DNA of 64,000 nucleotides. Source: Raillietiella orientalis (lineage: Eukaryota). The notes below the pieces were generated by a model, which worked only from the letters and a program-made list of their open reading frames with translations, made no database searches and was not told the origin of the DNA. The position numbers and the translations under genes are program-made. The DNA is taken from NCBI GenBank assembly GCA_036172245.1, contig JAYWIR010000052.1, positions 806,001 to 870,000 of the forward strand, read 5' to 3'. This document shows, piece after piece, positions 24,900 through 36,407 of this stretch; within the stretch, counting starts at the first letter, position 1, and every line of letters starts with the position of its first letter.

Positions 24900-27270
24900 A
24901 CGCGTGCAATCCCAGTTCTACCCTTTCTCAGCTCTTCATCTATGTGGGAGAGTCTCCTTCTTCTCCTCGGAACTTTCGGGCGGATCCGCTCTGTACCACG
25001 GTACTGTCCAAAAGAACGGCCGCTCTGCCATGTTCCACACTCCCGGTACTGCCGCCTCGATGCTGTCCCCCCCCCCATACTGCCGCATACAGTGGGATGT
25101 TCCCGTATCCTCATTCTGGATAGAATCCGTTGCAGGATCTGAGTCCAATTCTCCCGCTTGCCTTTCTTGGAGTCTCCGCTCCCACCTCTGGCAACGCAGC
25201 GCTCTGTCGGTCACCGCCCGCGTCCAGCTACCACGGAGTGAGGATTTCTTCACGCGTGTGCGTTCCGCGGTTCTGCGAGCAGCTTCCCATCCCGGAAGAA
25301 ACCCCGTCCGTCGCACGCTTCCGGGGATTCGCGACCACAAATGCCACGGCTCGCTCTCTTCAACTCGCGCTCTTCGACGGTCCCACAGGGGTTTCCACAC
25401 ATACAGGTGAGTTCCATTCCAGACGTCGTCCGCCGGTTTCTGGTATTGGACATCCAATGCTCAACAGAGAGGGGGAAAAAAACGCAAAGTGCGCTCGTAG
25501 AGCCTTTTCGAAGTCCCTGGTCCAACTCCATGGTTTTCCTGGAGCTGGATTCTGTGTCGCCTGAGGGAGTCTGCTCGCTCATTCCACATCCCTTCTCCTC
25601 TTCCGCCTCCAGTCAGCTTTCGAGAGTTGTTTTCAGGCTCACGTCTCAAGCACGCGGATGGCTCTGCTCCCTGCCCTCCAACACGTTCCCTCCAAACAAA
25701 GTGCCACCACGTCTCCAGAAAGCAGAGCAGGCGCTCGGCGAAAACCTGTTTCCAAGGAGACTGGTTTTACCCGCCGGAATGGGCCGCGGTGCGGAACACC
25801 TTCGTGGTCTCCCTCCTTTGCCCCCTGCAGGAACACATCAGAAAGCGGACGAAAGTCTTAGAATCGCCCTTTGGAGCATGAGGAGACACCGAGTCCGACT
25901 GAGGGAATTCTGTGCTCCGCGTCGGGACGGAGGACTCGGCATCCTGACTCTGGAGCGGATGAAGCTCCAGCTCCAGTTCCAAACGCTTGCCCTCGTGGCG
26001 AAGATGTGGAGCACCACTTGGTTAGCCTCTGCACGCCTCCTCGTCCAGCATGCCACAAGCAGCGTGGGACTCTTATCCTTCCTTGCATGCCGTCGCCTCA
26101 ACATCTCTCACTGCGACTGCAGCTTCGGAGGATGATAACAGGATGAATATCAGCTGGATCTCGTGCCGCCCCCCGAAGACTAGTGCTTGCTTACAGGAAA
26201 CCGTTTGCACGTGGGCGAAGCAAACGAGCGATGCGCGGGAACAAGCACAGCGTTTGCTGAGCTGTTCCCATAACAACTGCTCTCTCCGGGAGATCCTGGA
26301 ACAACCTATGAAGAGTGCGTGGGCAGAAAGAAGCTCCCTCACCGGCAGCGCCGCCCTCCCCGAGTGAACATATGGGCAGCAGCCTTCCGGCAAAGATGGG
26401 AGTTCAGTATGGAAATCTCTGGCAGGAGAAGAGGACCGGGTGATTGGACGACGGGCCTGCATACAGATGCTGCGGTCCCAAGTGCCCCACCTGGTGGACT
26501 TTTGCTCTGGGACGACCTGCTGTGGATGTTCCAGAGGATGACCTGCAGTGATCCCCAGTGCTTTTGGACAGACACGCTCTCCCCTTGAAGTGGAGGGATT
26601 TGACGCTGCTGCCGCTGCACTGGAGCCTCCCGTGCAACGCCCGCTGGCATCGTTGGACACGGGCGGTCGGGGTGAGCCCAAACTGCGCCGGGTGCGGGCA
26701 GCGCGAGTCCCTCCCGAACCTGCTCGTGGATCGTTACGCCCTCTGGCGCCTCCGGAAACGCTTCGCTGCGACCCAAGCAACCCCCGGTGGCGACTCCAGG
26801 CACGCTTTACGATCCCTCCTCCTACGCGACGTTCTCCGGCCAGCATCCTCGCTAGCAGCACCCTGCTGCCTACGCGGGATCGTCTCTGTCTGGAGCGACG
26901 CAAGAGGAGGACCGAGCGACAGGGGTGCCACATCCACGTTGCCATCCGCTTCGTGAGGATGGCAACGATATGGCCCCACCTGAAGGGATAGCATGCAGCA
27001 AGAGCTTGCCGGCATCCTCGAAAGGATGCAGAGGACCACCCTCAGCAGGACGTGACCCTTTCCTGCACCTCCCCATCCCAAATTTGTCTATTTATTCTTA
27101 TTCTTTTCCTTTTTATCTCCTCCCCCTTTTGTTGATGTGGCGGACTTCACCGGTCGGAGCACCGGTATCCTGGCAGGCTCCCGGTAAAACGGACGTGGTT
27201 GGACCACCGATCCAACCAACGCATTGTAAATGTTTATTTTATAAATACATTAAATAAACGCTCCGGCGCA
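24900..27270 (+). mobile_element. 5'-truncated L1/Tx1-like LINE (RT C-terminus, zf-RVT, 3' UTR)
   Basis: 'ALWSMRRHRVRLREFCAPRRDGGLGIL' and 'KWRDLTLLPLHWSLPCNARWHRW...SPNCAGCGQRESLPNLL', then a T-rich UTR and AATAAA at 27253. Confidence 0.85.
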
Positions 27271-27299
27271 CAAGGATGACAATCCAATGCATTCCCACC

Positions 27300-29150
27300 A
27301 GATGGATGGCAACACAGATCGGACCACTCGCAACTGAAATTCACTTGTGCTGTCTCGAAGTATCTCAGCCGAGAGGAGTCGTGCCACTCTCCCCCCCTCC
27401 CTTCTACCTGTCCGCGCCCACATAGACGCCATGAAAACGAGGGGTAGGGACTTCGTACGATAGGCCGCCTACAGCCCAGAAGATGCAACGGGAGGTGAGA
27501 AGGATGTCCGCCGACGGACGAAGGTCGTGCGGAGCTCGCGACCAAGGCACGTCTTGAAGGAGCCACCCGCTGATCCCAGGTTCTCTGAACCAGGAAGATG
27601 CTGCAGAGCCAACCTGACGCTTCCTGCAACGTGTCATTTCCTATTTACTAAAAGATCCGTTCAGCCGACTATCTGACACGCCACCTATCCGATGACTAGC
27701 ACATTAAATTAATCGCCATGAACTTTGAGAAGCACTTGCGCATCCCACCTGCTTACGAAATCACAACGATTAAGGTCGCCTCGTCACTTTCCACCTTGCC
27801 AACGAATCACATTCCTATTCTTCTTTCAAGGAAGACAAAGAAGAGTTACAGGGAGAAAAGAAGGCTCCTATTCTCCTTCAAGAGTATTGCCTACAGCATG
27901 TGGACATCATCTTCCAAAGCAACTAACAGAAGAGTTTGGTGACCTCTCTCAGCCAGGTGGAACCAAACTGAAGTATTTCCTTGAGGGGTCCATTTCCTTA
28001 CTTGCCCCCCTTCCGCCAAGTATTTTTTTTTTTTTTGCATAGGGACTTTTTCTTCGTCCAGCTCCCCAGGGCCACTTCATCCGTACTCCCCTCGTCTAGA
28101 AATCTCTTCACATGCCTTTCTCCTTCTCGGTCAGAATAACAAATGGGTCCATCATTCCTTGCTGGAAATTTTTTTTTTTACAGGTTTCAAGCCGCTTTTC
28201 GCCCGAGCTCTCATTCCCGCCGGAGGCGACCTTGTTTGCCTGATCCGCAGGTTTCCCTATACATTTTTGCATCGCCGCTAACCTTTGCAGGGTTTCATGG
28301 GGTGCATAGCCTCCGCTGCCGGATCTTTGATCTCGCTTTTCCTTGTGCGCCCTAGTTAGCAGCCACTCTCGAGTGCCGTCACTCACCCAGCGTCCGGGAA
28401 CCCTCACCACGGCATCTGGACCTCTCCTCGTACCATGCTCTCCCCCAATGCGATCTTTTCAGCCAATTTCCGGGTAATGAGGAGTGGGTGATATTTCACT
28501 TCCGTTGTCAGCTCAAGAAGCACCTAGAACGGATGAAACTGATGCACTCCCTGGACCACGTCGAGGTTCCAGGACCTGAGATTGGCACCTTCATCCTGCC
28601 TGGTCCTGGAGAGTGGGTTTGCAGCCTTGCATCTTCTGAGGTCACACCGCACTCCTCGTACTCGATGCCCGCAGTGTACGTTCGAGATGCCGTGCTCAGC
28701 AGCTTCCTGGCAGGACTCTGGAGCTCGCAGCTTCGGTTCCGCGTCTCCTTCCCTTGCACAAGCTGGTCCACACGCAGCCTCCGAATTTTCCGGATCTTCT
28801 TTCCTCCGGAGCACTCAAATGAATTCAGGTTTACCGCAGTTTCCAGGGAAACAGGATACAATGGTTCTCTTTTCCGGCTGAATTTATCCCCTGCCGAAGG
28901 CTCACGTCCTTCATTGGAACTGCCAGTCTTCTGCAATCTTCCCTTAATCAGAGAACAGTTCGCATGTCTCGAGGGGGGTGATGAGAGGACAAGACACTTG
29001 GCAAAGATCGCCTACTTTTGCTTCTTCCACCCACCGTTAGGAATTTCGCTGCCGCCTCTGGCTCTTCGATCCATCAGTTTCTTGCCAGATGCTTCTTTCA
29101 CAACTCCTCAGAGATTGCTGGCTCTGCGTAGAGCTCACACAAAGACCACC
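27300..29150 (-). mobile_element. Degenerate L1/Tx1-like ORF2 (APE + RT)
   Basis: 'WQETD', 'GTSTWSRECISFIRSRCFLS', 'TRCRKRQVGSAASSWFREP', 'SADILL' and 'LRYFE' in order. Confidence 0.55.
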
Positions 29151-29169
29151 TCAGGAGGAGCAGCGTCCC

Positions 29170-29742
29170 TTTTTCTCTTTTGGTTTTCTTCACCGAAGGG
29201 AACCCGGAAAGGAACCTCTCCTGGAATTTCCTCTCCGAAGGAATCGTCCCGAAAGAATGATTAGCTCCTTACTCCCTCCTCTGAAGAGAATCCCCAAAAA
29301 GACGCTTTCCAATTTCTCTGAAGGGCGCTCCCCGAAGAGAGCAGCGCGCTCCTTACACTCTGGAGAGGCGACCCCTAGAAAGGGGTATCAACCCAGTCCC
29401 ATAGAACACGATGGAGGGTTCCCCCCCCCTCTTGAGGAGGAGAACGACTCGAGGTTCACGATCGGAAGGGAACCCCGAAGGGCTCCTTGATTCCTGGAAC
29501 AGCCCCAGAGGATCATCAACTTACTATCCCGGCCAACTCAACGGTAGCATCTGGAGTTTTCGGGCTTTCACCAGTGCCGCACCCGGAGCCCATACGCCAA
29601 TCAGCTTCATCCTGCGGGGAAGAATTGAAACCCACAGCTCACTCCTGTTCTCGAGAGTTTGACCCTCCCTCCCAGGCGGGATTTGAACCCAGGACCTTGG
29701 CAGCAAGAGCAGAGAGCGCAGCCAGACGGCCGCCAACGCGGG
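29170..29742 (-). mobile_element. tRNA-headed SINE-like element, copy 4
   Basis: The minus-strand head cccgcgttggcggccgtctggctgcgctctct...gggttcaaatcccgcctggg is followed by the shared core and body. Confidence 0.75.
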
Positions 29743-30271
29743 TAGTGTCCTTGGGAGGCATCCGATGCAGGCAGGTCGCTGAAAACGCGTGACGTCATCA
29801 TGACTCTTGCAGACGCACCTCGTTCCTCCTGCACTCAAGGAGGAGGTCGGTTCTGAGCTCCGCGCCAGCTTCTGAGAACACTTCTTAAAATGCTCCCTAA
29901 CGCACCACAAGAACACGGACGTATCTGCAGGAACAACGGGAGGAAGCTCAGCATTCGCAACACCAATGCTGTTCGTCTGTGATGGAGATCCACTTCTGGA
30001 GTGAAAGGGTGGAGGCAGGAGCAGCAGCGCTTGTCCTTCTTTGATGACACATATCACCCGCCTTTTCCCTGGACACCAGAAAAAAGCTGAAAGTTGATCA
30101 ATAGTGACCTAAGACAGGGGGGGACGAAAACAGGGCGATTCCTTGGCAGGACCTTACGCCCCACCGCCCACGGGCTCGTGGTCCACATCGGAGAGGCGCC
30201 CCTACGTTCATTCGGCCACCGAAAAAGTCCAAGATTGACGCGCCGACCTCTTCTCGGCGTACAGTTGTCCA

Positions 30272-30450
30272 CCCGGGTCCTCCGGGGCATTTATTTAATG
30301 TAAAAATAAAATTTTACAGAGATTATGGTTGGATAAGTACTCCAACCACGTCCATTCCAACGGGAGCCAGCCTGGTTACTGAGGTAGCGAATGGGTGAGA
30401 CCGACACCAGTAACCTGTTCCACCCGATGTGACAGGGAAGGTAAAAAGGG
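30272..30450 (-). mobile_element. LINE 3' terminus related to 27170-27270
   Basis: Its reverse complement ggctcccgttggaatggacgtggttgga-N7-tccaacca...tacattaaataaa aligns with 27176-27258. Confidence 0.75.
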
Positions 30451-32934
30451 TCGCCCTCCCTGCAGCCGCGGGCTCTGAGCGCTCGCTGTCCGCTTGCGAC
30501 GGAAGCACCAGGAGGTGCTCCTCTTGCACAGGGTTTTGGATGCCGGCGCCGCCTCGTCTCCCGGGGGAGTCGCATCCTTCAAACTTGCCTGTGGCTGCTG
30601 AGCTGCCCTGGTCTCCCGGGAACTGCGACGGAGGCGTTCCCACACTGGAAGGACACCGCCCGCGACCTGCATCGACGACTCTTCTCTGGGCGCGGCGGAC
30701 TCGCGGATGGCACGGAGATGGCGACGAAGGGCGGCGGTTGCATTGTCTCCATCGTCGCAGTCCGCCATGCGCTGGATATGGTGGCGCTCAGGGAGATCGC
30801 TCCGTGATGGCTCAGCTGCTGCCATCATGAGGACGGCCAGAGCCAAAGACGCTTGTCCAGCCCCACACTTCAACCCTTTATTCATTTATTGCCTCCCCCC
30901 AGCCGTTTCGGACTTTCAGAGCGGCCAACCTACGCGGAGGCCCACTCTCCCTCCTTGGCCTTTCTTTCGTTTTCCCTAGGGAACCGCGTGCCCAACCCGT
31001 TCGTTATTCGGAGTCGACGTTCCTGAATGACCGGGTCATGAATTTCCACGAAGTTCGCGATCGCTCCTTCCTTTGGCGAGGAGAATGAGGGAGGGTCCCA
31101 TTGACCTTTGCCGAAGGACAAACCTATCTGATGCCGGAGGGAGGCAGCAGATTGTTCCCCGAACTTGGCTGTGGTCCCCCACCGCTCTTCATCCCGTGTT
31201 CCAAGCGGCAGATGTCGGCTACCGTTCGATGTTCCAAATGATGAACGCACGACTGACGGGACCTTTCCAACGGGAACTAGGGAGGGAAGGCTGGACCAAC
31301 GGCTCGCAGGTTGGTGCGTGAAAATTCGTGTTGATCGAGGAGAAGGGAAAACAAGTAAGGACCAGGGAAGGGAGGGACGGGATCGTCAGTCAATCTTGGA
31401 ACTTGTGTGGAGCGATGCAAGCGGCGTCCCTTTTCGTTCCATGTGGTTGAGGATGGGTTCACCTCGCCACCTAGCTCGGGATGAAGGGTGGCGAAGTGAC
31501 CCTATACCGTGGCTTTTCCACCTTTGCTGGTGAGCCTCCGACACGCGTGCCGGTGATCCACTCATGGTCCGGTTAGGCGGACGGGCAGGAAGGGGAGGAG
31601 GTCCCGCCCAGCGTGACGCGGCGGTGCAGCAGCTCCTTTCGGGTGACTGTGGGGTGAAGCGCGTCTGCCCGCGAAAGCATTCCCCAACCGCTCCGCAGGG
31701 CGCTACGGAGGACTCCGAAAGAGCAGAAAGAGGAGGAGTCACTCAAGAGGGGGGAGTAGGGGCCCGTAGGAAGCCATGCAGTGTAGGGCCATCGCTCCCG
31801 TCTTCGTAGGAAAGGATCCGGGAAGGCCATAACTTCTCCCGAACCTCCCTCCTGTCAGAAGGTCGCTTTCACGGTCTCGCAACGAGGTGGAGCAACTGGA
31901 TGGGATGCTGCATGGCTCTCTAGACGAATGAGCACATTCGCAGAGTGCCTACCACTGGCCAGCCGAGCGGCTTGCCTTCCGGAGCCCATCTCCGGCACCA
32001 GCGCTGGATGCACATCAGGAGACGTTGCTACTGGAAACGAGCAGCCGCCACGGCGAGCGCACTCAAGGGCGAAGGCCTGCGGGGTTTCGAGCCCGCCGGG
32101 TTCCGATGTCACGCACCCCAACGGCCGCACGAGTGAATTCTGATGAAGCGGGAGCTGGGGACCCCCAAGTCTACCTGAAAGAGGGAGGGAAGGAGGGAGG
32201 GAGAAGTGACGAGTCTGCGGAGATGGTGGGTGCACGAGCGACCTCTCCAGCGTCCAGGAAGTCCCAGTGGCGCTCCAGAACTCGGATTTTCCTCCATACG
32301 GTCTCCCCCCCCTCTTTTCCTTGTTGTTCACTGGTCGAAAGCCGATGCAGCAGCGAAGGCTAAGCAGAACCTTCTCCGAACAGAGGAAGATCCAGGAGCC
32401 AACTTCGCTTGGCACCAGCCACAGCACCCGCCGCACTTGCCAGTTGCGACCACCATTACCCGGAGTGCCTATGCCAATGGGTGGATGCAACTGATGGGGT
32501 GGGAGGGTAGAACAAGTGCACACCGCGCAGCCGCAAGGTCGAATCATTCTCTCGGACTGCGTGCGACCCAGTCCCAATCCAGACCGCCTTCCCTCTCGGT
32601 TCCGGGAGGCGGAGAAGAAAAAAGGGAGCCAGAGGAAGGGGGCAGGAGAATCGTCACATCTTAATCACGTGATGTGGCCTCACGCAGCGCCATCCATGCC
32701 CACAGCCCATGCTCTTCGACCTGCGAGACCTCCCGAGGTCGCACTGTCGCTTCGTTGGGGCCAGGCTGGTGTACTTCAAACCCACGTTCCCCCTCGCCTC
32801 CATGTTCCTCTGAATGCTCTCGGAGAATTTCAGGAACACACAGGACGTTTGCTGCGCTGGCGATCCCGGGATCCCAGCAAGCCAGTCATCGGTGTACGGG
32901 CCGGGGCAAAGACTCAGGGAAAAGGAAGCTTTCA

Positions 32935-33260
32935 CCCGGCCGCCCCGAAGCGTTTATTGTCAAAAAAAATATACCTACACTTACATAGTCAATACAAATA
33001 GAAGCCATTCCTCCGTAGCAGGATTTCAAACCCAATACGTCGGAGCAAGTCCGGGATGCATTCCGTTCGCGAGCAGCTCGCCCGGAGGGGTCCGCAGAGG
33101 GAAAACCAAGTGGGTGGCAGTAAACAAAAAAGAGAATAAAACACAAAAAGGTTGTTTTGGAGAAGATTGGGGAGGGATGATTCAGAGGAGGGGCAAGCGA
33201 ACGAATAACGGAAACTATCCTGGCACGTTCTCAGAGCCCTGTGGGGGATGCAGGCAAGTT
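32935..33260 (-). mobile_element. LINE-type 3' UTR/terminus (partial mirror at 43880-44117)
   Basis: A T-rich tract followed by AATAAA-cgcttcggggcggccggg. Confidence 0.55.
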
Positions 33261-33267
33261 CCTTCTA

Positions 33268-33665
33268 CCGCGCTGGAGGGCGTGGTGGCGCCAGGCGTCG
33301 CTGTTCAAATACCACCCGAAGAAGGATCGACGACGCAAACAGAGGTGTAGTGGGTTTCGAGTGTCTTTCACCGCGAAGGATGGCTCCGGTTGGCCAGCTC
33401 GGGTGTGGCACCATAATGGAATATCATCTGCGACGCCGGGATTGAGTCGACCCTCGGGTCCTTCCCAGGACGATGAGGAGTCGTTCCAGGGTGCCTCCGG
33501 ATGGGGAAAAATGGACAAAATGGGGTGGCTCGGGGGTTCTTCGGAGGGGAGGAGGAAGAAGGGAAAAAGAGGCCGGCTTCATTGCCAGGTTTCCTCTGGA
33601 GAAAATTCAGAACGGATACCTAAGTCCTTTCGGAGGGAAGAACAAGGAAGAGGTCTTCTTCGGGG
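33268..33665 (+). mobile_element. tRNA-headed SINE-like element, copy 5 (mirror copy 6 at 43458-43870, minus)
   Basis: Head with an internal deletion; the core is nearly identical to 24030-24100. Confidence 0.7.
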
Positions 33666-33994
33666 TTACCCACCAAGCTCAAGAGGAGCACGGAATGCTT
33701 CCCCTGGAGCCTTCCTGGAGTGACAGGGCGGTTCCCTTCTGAGGTTTCCCCCCTCCCTATAACTTGAAGAGTCACGCGCACGCACCACTGGGAGGTGTGG
33801 ACAGCGTCGAAGAGCTTGGCGAGCTCTCGTGAGGTGGCGAACGAAAAAAGAAAAGCTGGGAGGAAAGCAGTGTTGGTCCAAGACTCCGTAGGCCGGACGA
33901 AAGGGTGCGGGCTGGAACAGCGGTGGTCAACCCGAGGCAGCGCTTGTCCCATCGAGAATGTACTTTGGATGGTTGCATTCCCTATTCTTTGAAT

Positions 33995-34800
33995 CCCGGT
34001 CGCTCCAGAACGTTTATCAGCAACATAAATACAACTGGTAAGGGGTCAAACTTTCAAGGGAAGCACGACCCAGCGGCGTGGGCAGTATCAAAGAGCTTTA
34101 CGAGACCCCTTTCCCCTCCTAAGGTGGCGAACTGATTCTTCAGCAGTCCGTGTGACGTCTGTGAGGCATGGCCGTCTTTTCGCGATTCTCGCGAAGGAAA
34201 CAGCGTGCCTCCCTCGCTGCAGCTTCTCTCCGTCGCTGGCGACGTTGCGCCACTCGTAGAGAAGCGTCTCAGGACCTCCTTTCCAAGTCGTCCATTAGGA
34301 GGATTTCAGGACCGCGGCGAAACATTCCCACGCACCCCTGAAGGCAGCACGCTCGAGCTACAGGTGTGGCTTCTCGTTTGCCACACCGGGCACAGTCCGG
34401 ACCCCTGGTCCGGTGGTCTTGCGGCAGGATCCAATCGGCACCGAGAATAGAGGTAGACATGTCCCACCCACAACTCGGGAGCAGACACTTGAGGAAGCGA
34501 CAAGGAACCAGAAGGGAGACCGAGCGATGAGGTCACGGCCTCCCGAATTCACCAGACGCAGCTAGTGATTCTCCCGCAGGCAGGCGCTTTAGACGGCGCA
34601 ACCTGCCGGCTGTGGCAGCACGGAAGGTCTCTCGAACAGCAACGAGGGCGTTGGTAAAGAAGAAACCGCATGCACCAAGGACTAATGAGCATCCCCTTCA
34701 GGAATGCGTACACGAGAAATTCAACAGAACTGGCGCTGACCTCAGCGGCATTTGGACAGCGGGGAGACAGGAGTCTTCCAGGGTAAGCGAAGGATGTGCT
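33995..34800 (-). mobile_element. LINE ORF2 C-terminus (zf-RVT-like) and 3' end; mirror at 42320-43126 (+)
   Basis: 'WILPQDHRTRGPDCARCGKREA'; ends in gataaa-cgttctggagcgaccggg. Confidence 0.6.
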
Positions 34801-34887
34801 TTCGGGGAAGGCCGGACCAGGATCCCGATCGGGGGTCGAACTTCGGGCAGCCACACATGCGCCTCCAGTCCAGAGCGACATCGCTGC

Positions 34888-36407
34888 GCCTCCATCGAAC
34901 GGCACGCGGACCGGGCGGAGGCGCCGCCACGCGCAGGACCGCGTCGCGCGCGCATCTCCCGCTCGCCGGCCAAGACCCCGGGCTCCCCGCGTGCGGACTC
35001 TCGCGCGCCTCCCGCTTGGGCTCCCGGTGAGGCGAGCGGTGCCCCGCTGGGGAGGTACAGGGGGCGCGTGGAAGGGGTCCTCCAGCCACGCCCTCCCCCT
35101 CCGCATCCGGTGGTCAACGCGATTTGCCGCCTCCCACCGACCGACCCCTTCCCGGAGCTCCACCTTCACCCGCGGTGAAGGGGTTGCCGTGCCGTTGGAA
35201 GGGCGCGGGTGCGCATCCGGCGCTTCGCGTCGACGGGGAGGTCTCTCGCGGGGGCCGATGTCGCGCGCTTCCGCGAGCGGCATCGGGGCGGCGTCCTCCG
35301 CTGGTCGCCTCGGCCACGGGCGATGACCCCACTCAGCGCCAGCCATTGGGCCAGCATCGATTTTTGCGCGGTCGCCGAAGGCGCGGGCAGAAAGCGGCGC
35401 GCTCCGACGAACGCCACTGCAGAGTGCCTTCCTGGGGGGGCCGGACATCCTGGGACTCTCGGAAGGGGGGCGGAACGGGGAGAGGGAATCAAGCAGACGG
35501 CGAAGGTGGGCGGCTGACGGGTGAAGGTGGAGACGGAGAAGGTGGTGAACAAACGTGGCTGACGAATGGAGATGGATGCGGCGGAGAAAAGTGGCTGGTG
35601 GGTGGAGCTGGAGGCGGAAAAAGTGACTGAGAAACGTCCGTCACTTTTGGCTGGGAGGTGGAGGACAAACGTGACTGGGAGGTGAAGGTGGAGACGGGAG
35701 AGGTGATGGAGAAAGGTGGCTGGCGGGCGGAGGTGGAGTCTGCAAAGATCGCCGACGTACAAAATTGGTTGGAGGGTGGAGGTGGAGACGGAGAAGGTGG
35801 TGGGCAAACGTGGCTGACGAGTGGTGGTAGAGGCGGCAAAAGTATCGGAGAAAGGTGTTTGGCGGGTGGAGATGGAAGCGGCGAAGGTGAAGAAGGCTGG
35901 TCGTTGTTCGTTCCCTCTGGAACATCACTTGTAGAACACCAACGCTGGAAATCCGACTACCGTTGTAGTGTCCGGGCTTCGTACTGGAATCGCCTCTTCC
36001 TTCGAACGTCCCCTGACGCCTCTGGAAGGAGAAGCGAAACAAATAAAGTTAATGCCTGAGTCTTCGCTTCTCATTCAAAGGGGTCTCCGTCCCAATATGG
36101 CACTCCTGAGTTTTCGTCGAGTGCCGGCAAGTAGGGAGCGATGCTTGCTGGAAGAATCGAACCTTCCATGGCGGCAGGAGGGGTACATCAGGAAGATGTT
36201 GCAGCATCCAGCGCTCCCGTGGCATTCGTTTGAATGATGTGCTGGGCCATCTGTGGTGACGGGGCAGCCCCTTGTAGATCGCAGTCTTCTCCGAAGGAAG
36301 AGGAGATCTTGTGGATAACGCCTCACCGGCGAGGGGGAGATGTGAGCGCGACGCGGTCCTGCGCGTGGCGGCGCCTCCGCCCGGTCCGCGTGCCGTTCGA
36401 TGGAGGC
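34888..36407. repeat. 1.5-kb segment bounded by 82-bp inverted repeats (34888-34969 / 36326-36407); mirrored in the right arm
   Basis: gcctccatcgaacggcacgcggaccgggcggaggcgccgccacgcgcaggaccgcgtcgcgc and its exact reverse complement. Confidence 0.9.
35500..35900. repeat. Degenerate G-rich minisatellite (~42-bp unit); mirror at 41245-41645, diverged relative at 39930-40090
   Basis: ggctgacgggtgaaggtggagacggagaaggtgg-like units recur. Confidence 0.75.

Noticed and set aside
27266..27281. U6-like gcgcacaaggatgaca (and U1-like acctggcaggg at 62941)
   Set aside because: The matches are too short and have no flanking homology; the U1-like one is part of the UTR hairpin.
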